64,000 nucleotides of DNA. Origin: Longimicrobiales bacterium (GTDB lineage: Bacteria; Gemmatimonadota; Gemmatimonadetes; Longimicrobiales; Gaopeijiaceae). The stretch covers positions 2,976,001 through 3,040,000 of the forward strand of contig OZ241892.1 of assembly GCA_965203485.1 (NCBI GenBank), given 5' to 3'. Under the pieces are notes generated by a model. That model searched no databases. It had not been told where the DNA came from and saw only the letters and a program-made list of their open reading frames with translations. Below are positions 62,620 to 64,000 of this stretch, piece by piece. The stretch's first letter is position 1. Each line of letters begins with the position of its first letter. A program made the translations under genes and the position numbers.

Positions 62620-63848
62620 GGTTGGCTCTCCTCCCTTGCTCGCACCGTGACTCGCACGTTGTCGTCGTCAACTTCAAATTCGGGTTCTGGGTGACCCGAA
62701 TCTTCGAGCTGCTGCCTGGCCAAGGCGATGCCGACTCCAAACCGCTGCACGAGGCCCACGACTTTCATAGCGCTCGCAAGGCTTGGATTGCGATAATCCA
62801 CAACGCCGCCTTTGCCAAAATTGGTGGCCGTTACTCTTCCATAGGGGCCTCCGGGATTCATTACTTCTATGCGATCGTTGTACCAATACACATGCGTGGG
62901 AGCGTTGGTGATTTCGTATGTGCGATGCATGACGGCGTTGCGGACGATCTGTTGCAAAGATTCCATCGGATATGCATCTACCTTAAGTTCTCGAAACCTG
63001 GAAGCAAAGTCCACGGCAGTTCGGTTGTGGCTTGCCAATTTGTCGTCGAGCCGCCGCATTTGGTCTGGCACGGCACCTCGAATTTCTGCGCTGTCCACTA
63101 CGTCGTCCGTCAGGCGAGTCCCGTCAATTCGAAGGAACTGGATGTAAGCTCCAGGGATGAAGTCCTGCGGACTCTTGCCCATCATCAGCAACCCTACGAC
63201 CGTCGGAAGCGGTTCCTCGACCGACGCGGTCATCCGGGTGGCGGCCAGCTGCTCGACCCGAGCGCGTTGGTTGGCGGCCAGGGTCTCGGAGGAAAACGCT
63301 TCCGGAAGGTACTCGTGCTCGAAGCGCGTCATGTCGAGATCGGCTAGCGAGGAGCCAGGGACGGGATGCAAATCAAAGGGAAAGACGCCATATCGGCGCT
63401 TTTCGTTCAAGACGCGTTCGTCTTGGGCCGTCGCCACGCCTCGCCGCGGCCCAGTTCGTATGTGGACGACGCCCCGGCAACGGACCGGCGGCGAGTCCGA
63501 CGGCTCGACAGTGACGACAGCGACTTCGCCACCCGACAGCGCTTGCTTTCGCACGGTCAAAGACGGCGGCGGCAAGATGTTCCCGTCGGTCTTCATGTCC
63601 GCCAGCTGAATCAACATGGCGTCAGTGACCTCGAGGCTTGCGAGCGATCCGTCGTCTCGGACTCCGACTAGAACGACTCCCGGCTCGCCGCTGCGGGGCA
63701 GGTCGTTGGCGAACGCGCAGATCGCCTCTCGGATGCGCTCCGGAGCGCTGCCCGAAAGGGATTCCTTGAATTCGACGCGGTCGCTCTCGCCCCCTGCGAT
63801 GATCTCCGCCAACTGGGCCGCAGTTGTTGTCGGCTCGCGTTTCGTCAT
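62616..63848 (-). CDS. AlbA_2 (Schlafen-like) domain plus HATPase_c_4 protein
   Basis: ESDRVEFKES...ICAFAND...GVRDDG (AlbA_2); YP..SLQQIVRNAVMHRTY...DRIEVMNPGG...YRNP.LA...GLVQRFGVGI (HATPase_c_4); ATGA overlap with the ParA-like gene. Confidence 0.85.
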   Translation of the reverse strand: MTKREPTTTAAQLAEIIAGGESDRVEFKESLSGSAPERIREAICAFANDLPRSGEPGVVLVGVRDDGSLASLEVTDAMLIQLADMKTDGNILPPPSLTVRKQALSGGEVAVVTVEPSDSPPVRCRGVVHIRTGPRRGVATAQDERVLNEKRRYGVFPFDLHPVPGSSLADLDMTRFEHEYLPEAFSSETLAANQRARVEQLAATRMTASVEEPLPTVVGLLMMGKSPQDFIPGAYIQFLRIDGTRLTDDVVDSAEIRGAVPDQMRRLDDKLASHNRTAVDFASRFRELKVDAYPMESLQQIVRNAVMHRTYEITNAPTHVYWYNDRIEVMNPGGPYGRVTATNFGKGGVVDYRNPSLASAMKVVGLVQRFGVGIALARQQLEDSGHPEPEFEVDDDNVRVTVRAREESQP

Positions 63849-64000
63849 GGCCTCACGATGCGGTCAGGTGCCCAACGCGGCCACGCGCTCCACGAAGTAC
63901 TGTGCGCTGGGGCAGCATGGATGCTCGCGGCTCGAGCAATGGCGAATCCGTGTTGGCGCGTGGAGCTCTCCACGACGATCTTGTCCGTCCAGCCTTCTAC

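Noticed and set aside
1..64000. tRNA/rRNA genes and intrinsic terminators
   Set aside because: No cloverleaf or rRNA-like sequence noticed; GC hairpins lack U-tracts, so none were called.

Overview
High-GC bacterial window (taxon not determinable from sequence alone; the gene mix resembles Gemmatimonadota-like or host-associated lineages, which is inference only). The left 35.5 kb is one giant minus-strand CDS that the ORF track omits because it has no stop codon in the window. It encodes a >11,800-aa secreted repeat protein: Sec signal peptide, 6 FN3 domains and about 88 ~126-aa Ig-like repeats. It is built as three head-neck-stalk modules of increasing length and has a 22-nt poly-G tract at its 5' end, a candidate phase-variation switch. 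All long Arg/Ala-rich ORFs in 1-35.5 kb are shadows of this gene. From 35.5 to 58.5 kb there are mostly housekeeping or metabolic genes (SDR, AAA-PD-(D/E)XK, cupin, ilvE, FAD oxidoreductase, xth, fabV, alkA, ogt, DegT, GroES-like, mmuM, DUF4399, TM2, Tet-type MFS, DUF5107/TPR, PQQ sugar dehydrogenase) plus a complete IS1182-family element with a CTAG target duplication. From 58.6 to 64 kb there is a partly lower-GC accessory patch: a hypothetical gene split by an IS5-family element, an orphan paralogous C-terminal fragment, a vapBC pair, and a coupled AlbA_2/Schlafen-HATPase + ParA-like ATPase pair (candidate defence module).
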